The notes beneath the pieces are model-generated. The model saw nothing but the letters and a program-made list of their open reading frames with translations. It was not told the DNA's origin and did no database searches. From assembly GCA_030295235.1 (NCBI GenBank), contig AP026145.1, positions 868,001-932,000 on the forward strand: a DNA stretch of 64,000 nt. Direction: 5' to 3'. Positions 62,532 through 64,000 of the stretch are shown here, one piece after another. The stretch is from Fistulifera solaris. Its lineage: Eukaryota. Numbering within the stretch: position 1 is the stretch's first letter; every line of letters begins with the position of its first letter. The position numbers were made by a program, and so were the translations under genes.

Positions 62532-63838
62532 CTAACCCTCATAATCTGGAATAATCTCAACACCGGGCAGCTTATCACCCGCCAAGAGTTCAAGCGTGGC
62601 GCCACCTCCGGTGGAAACGTACGTAACCGAGGACGTCTTGTCAAAAGCAGCTAGGGCCGCCACACTATCACCGCCTCCAACGACGGTAATAGTACCGTTG
62701 CGGGTCACTTTCTCGAGTTCGTCAACCAGCATACGAGTACCTTGATCGAAAGGGGCAATTTCGAAAACTCCCATGGGACCATTGAAGCAAATCTTGCTAG
62801 ATTCAGCCAATGCCGATTTGAAGGAGTCAATAGTTGCCGCACCGCAATCAAGACCCATCCAGCCTTCTTCAATTCCGGCGCCGACTTTCATCTCAAATGT
62901 CTTGGTGTCTTGAGGATCCATGGGACCCTTGGGAAATCCTTGCGCACAAACGGCATCGACAGGCAAAAGATCTTCTTACCAGCGGCTTCAGCTTGCTCTA
63001 ACAAGTTCTTGGCAGTATCAATCATGCCTTCTTCGACCAAACTGGTACCAATGTTGATACCCTTGGCTTTCAAAAACGTAAAGGCCAGGCCACCTCCCAA
63101 GATCAAATTATCCACGTTACTAAGAAGGCCTTGGATGACGGGAAGCTTGGTACTGACTTTGGATCCTCCGATGATGGCCGTGATCTTGTCGTCGGACGTG
63201 TGGCGGAAATCGAGAAAGGCCAGCTCGGAAGCGACCAAAATACCGATACCGACTTTACTCTTGTCCTCCATGCACGCCGGAACACCGTGTGTCGACGCAT
63301 GCGCACGATGGGCTGTTCCAAAAGCATCGTTGATGTAAGCATCGGCGTAACTGGCCAGAATTTGTGCCATTTCTGGATCATTCTTCTCTTCCTTCTTGTA
63401 AAAACGTAGATTCTCCAACACACAGATTTGTCCTCCAGACAATTGAGACACGATATCTTTCGCGTCGAGACAATCGGGAACAAATACGACATCTTTGTTG
63501 AGCAACTTGCCCAAGTACTCGGCAATGGGCTTGAGAGACAAGGACTGGCGTTCGTGACGCGTCGCATCATCGTCGGCGCCGGCTTGCACCAACTTGGGAC
63601 GTCCCATGTGACTGCACAAGACGGCATTGCATCCGGCGTCAATGACACATTGAATCGTCGGCAAAGCGCCACGGATACGACTATCGTCGGTAATGTTGCC
63701 ATTGGAATCCATGGGAACGTTGAAATCAACTCGAATCAAAAGAGTCTTGTTGGGCTCTCCGAGGGTTTCGAGAACATCGTATACGTTGCGTTTGCGGGTC
63801 GCGCCGACGGGCATGGGAGGAATTCCGGGTTGTGACAT
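62532..63838 (-). CDS. PGK: Phosphoglycerate kinase; frameshift near 62966
   Basis: Motifs IRVDFNVP, SHMGRP, LENLRF, NDAFGTAHRAH, GGSKVS, NGPMGVFE, GGGDS and VSTGGGA. Confidence 0.96.
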
Positions 63839-64000
63839 GATAGAAAACAAAGTAATGAACTGTTAAGAAGGAAAGGAAATCATGTGAGACCGTGTCAAAG
63901 AAGAGAACGAAATCTTCGACGCTTTTCTACGACCTCGTCTGCCGTCGAAAACATGAGCAGAAACTCCCCACAAGCAACCTGCTCTCTATCCGCCTTTCCT

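Overview
This is eukaryotic nuclear DNA, most likely from a diatom. It is gene-dense, has short GT-AG introns of about 60-150 nt, and carries fasciclin, sulfotransferase-like and Ser-rich gene families typical of diatoms. About 30 protein genes can be supported: importin-alpha-like (partial), ADP-forming acetyl-CoA synthetase, TMA46/ZC3H15, a divergent histone H4, cyclopropane fatty-acid synthase, ABC1 kinase, SpoU methyltransferase, subtilisin, Sec24, NEDD8, an EHD-like GTPase, two fasciclin proteins, ApaG, an amino-acid transporter and PGK, among others. Many conserved genes have single-base frameshifts, mostly in homopolymer runs, which points to assembly errors rather than real pseudogenes. 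The most notable items are: (1) a tandem array at 32.5-37.8 kb of three GIY-YIG nuclease genes with variable numbers of CCHC zinc knuckles, one fused to CCCH + WD40, plus a relic of a fourth copy; (2) a decayed zinc-finger + TET/JBP-like dioxygenase locus; (3) two paralogous three-exon small genes that the ORF track misses; (4) an H4 variant with K79M; (5) two MITEs with perfect terminal inverted repeats and target-site duplications. All family assignments come from motif recognition by eye; no database searches were run.
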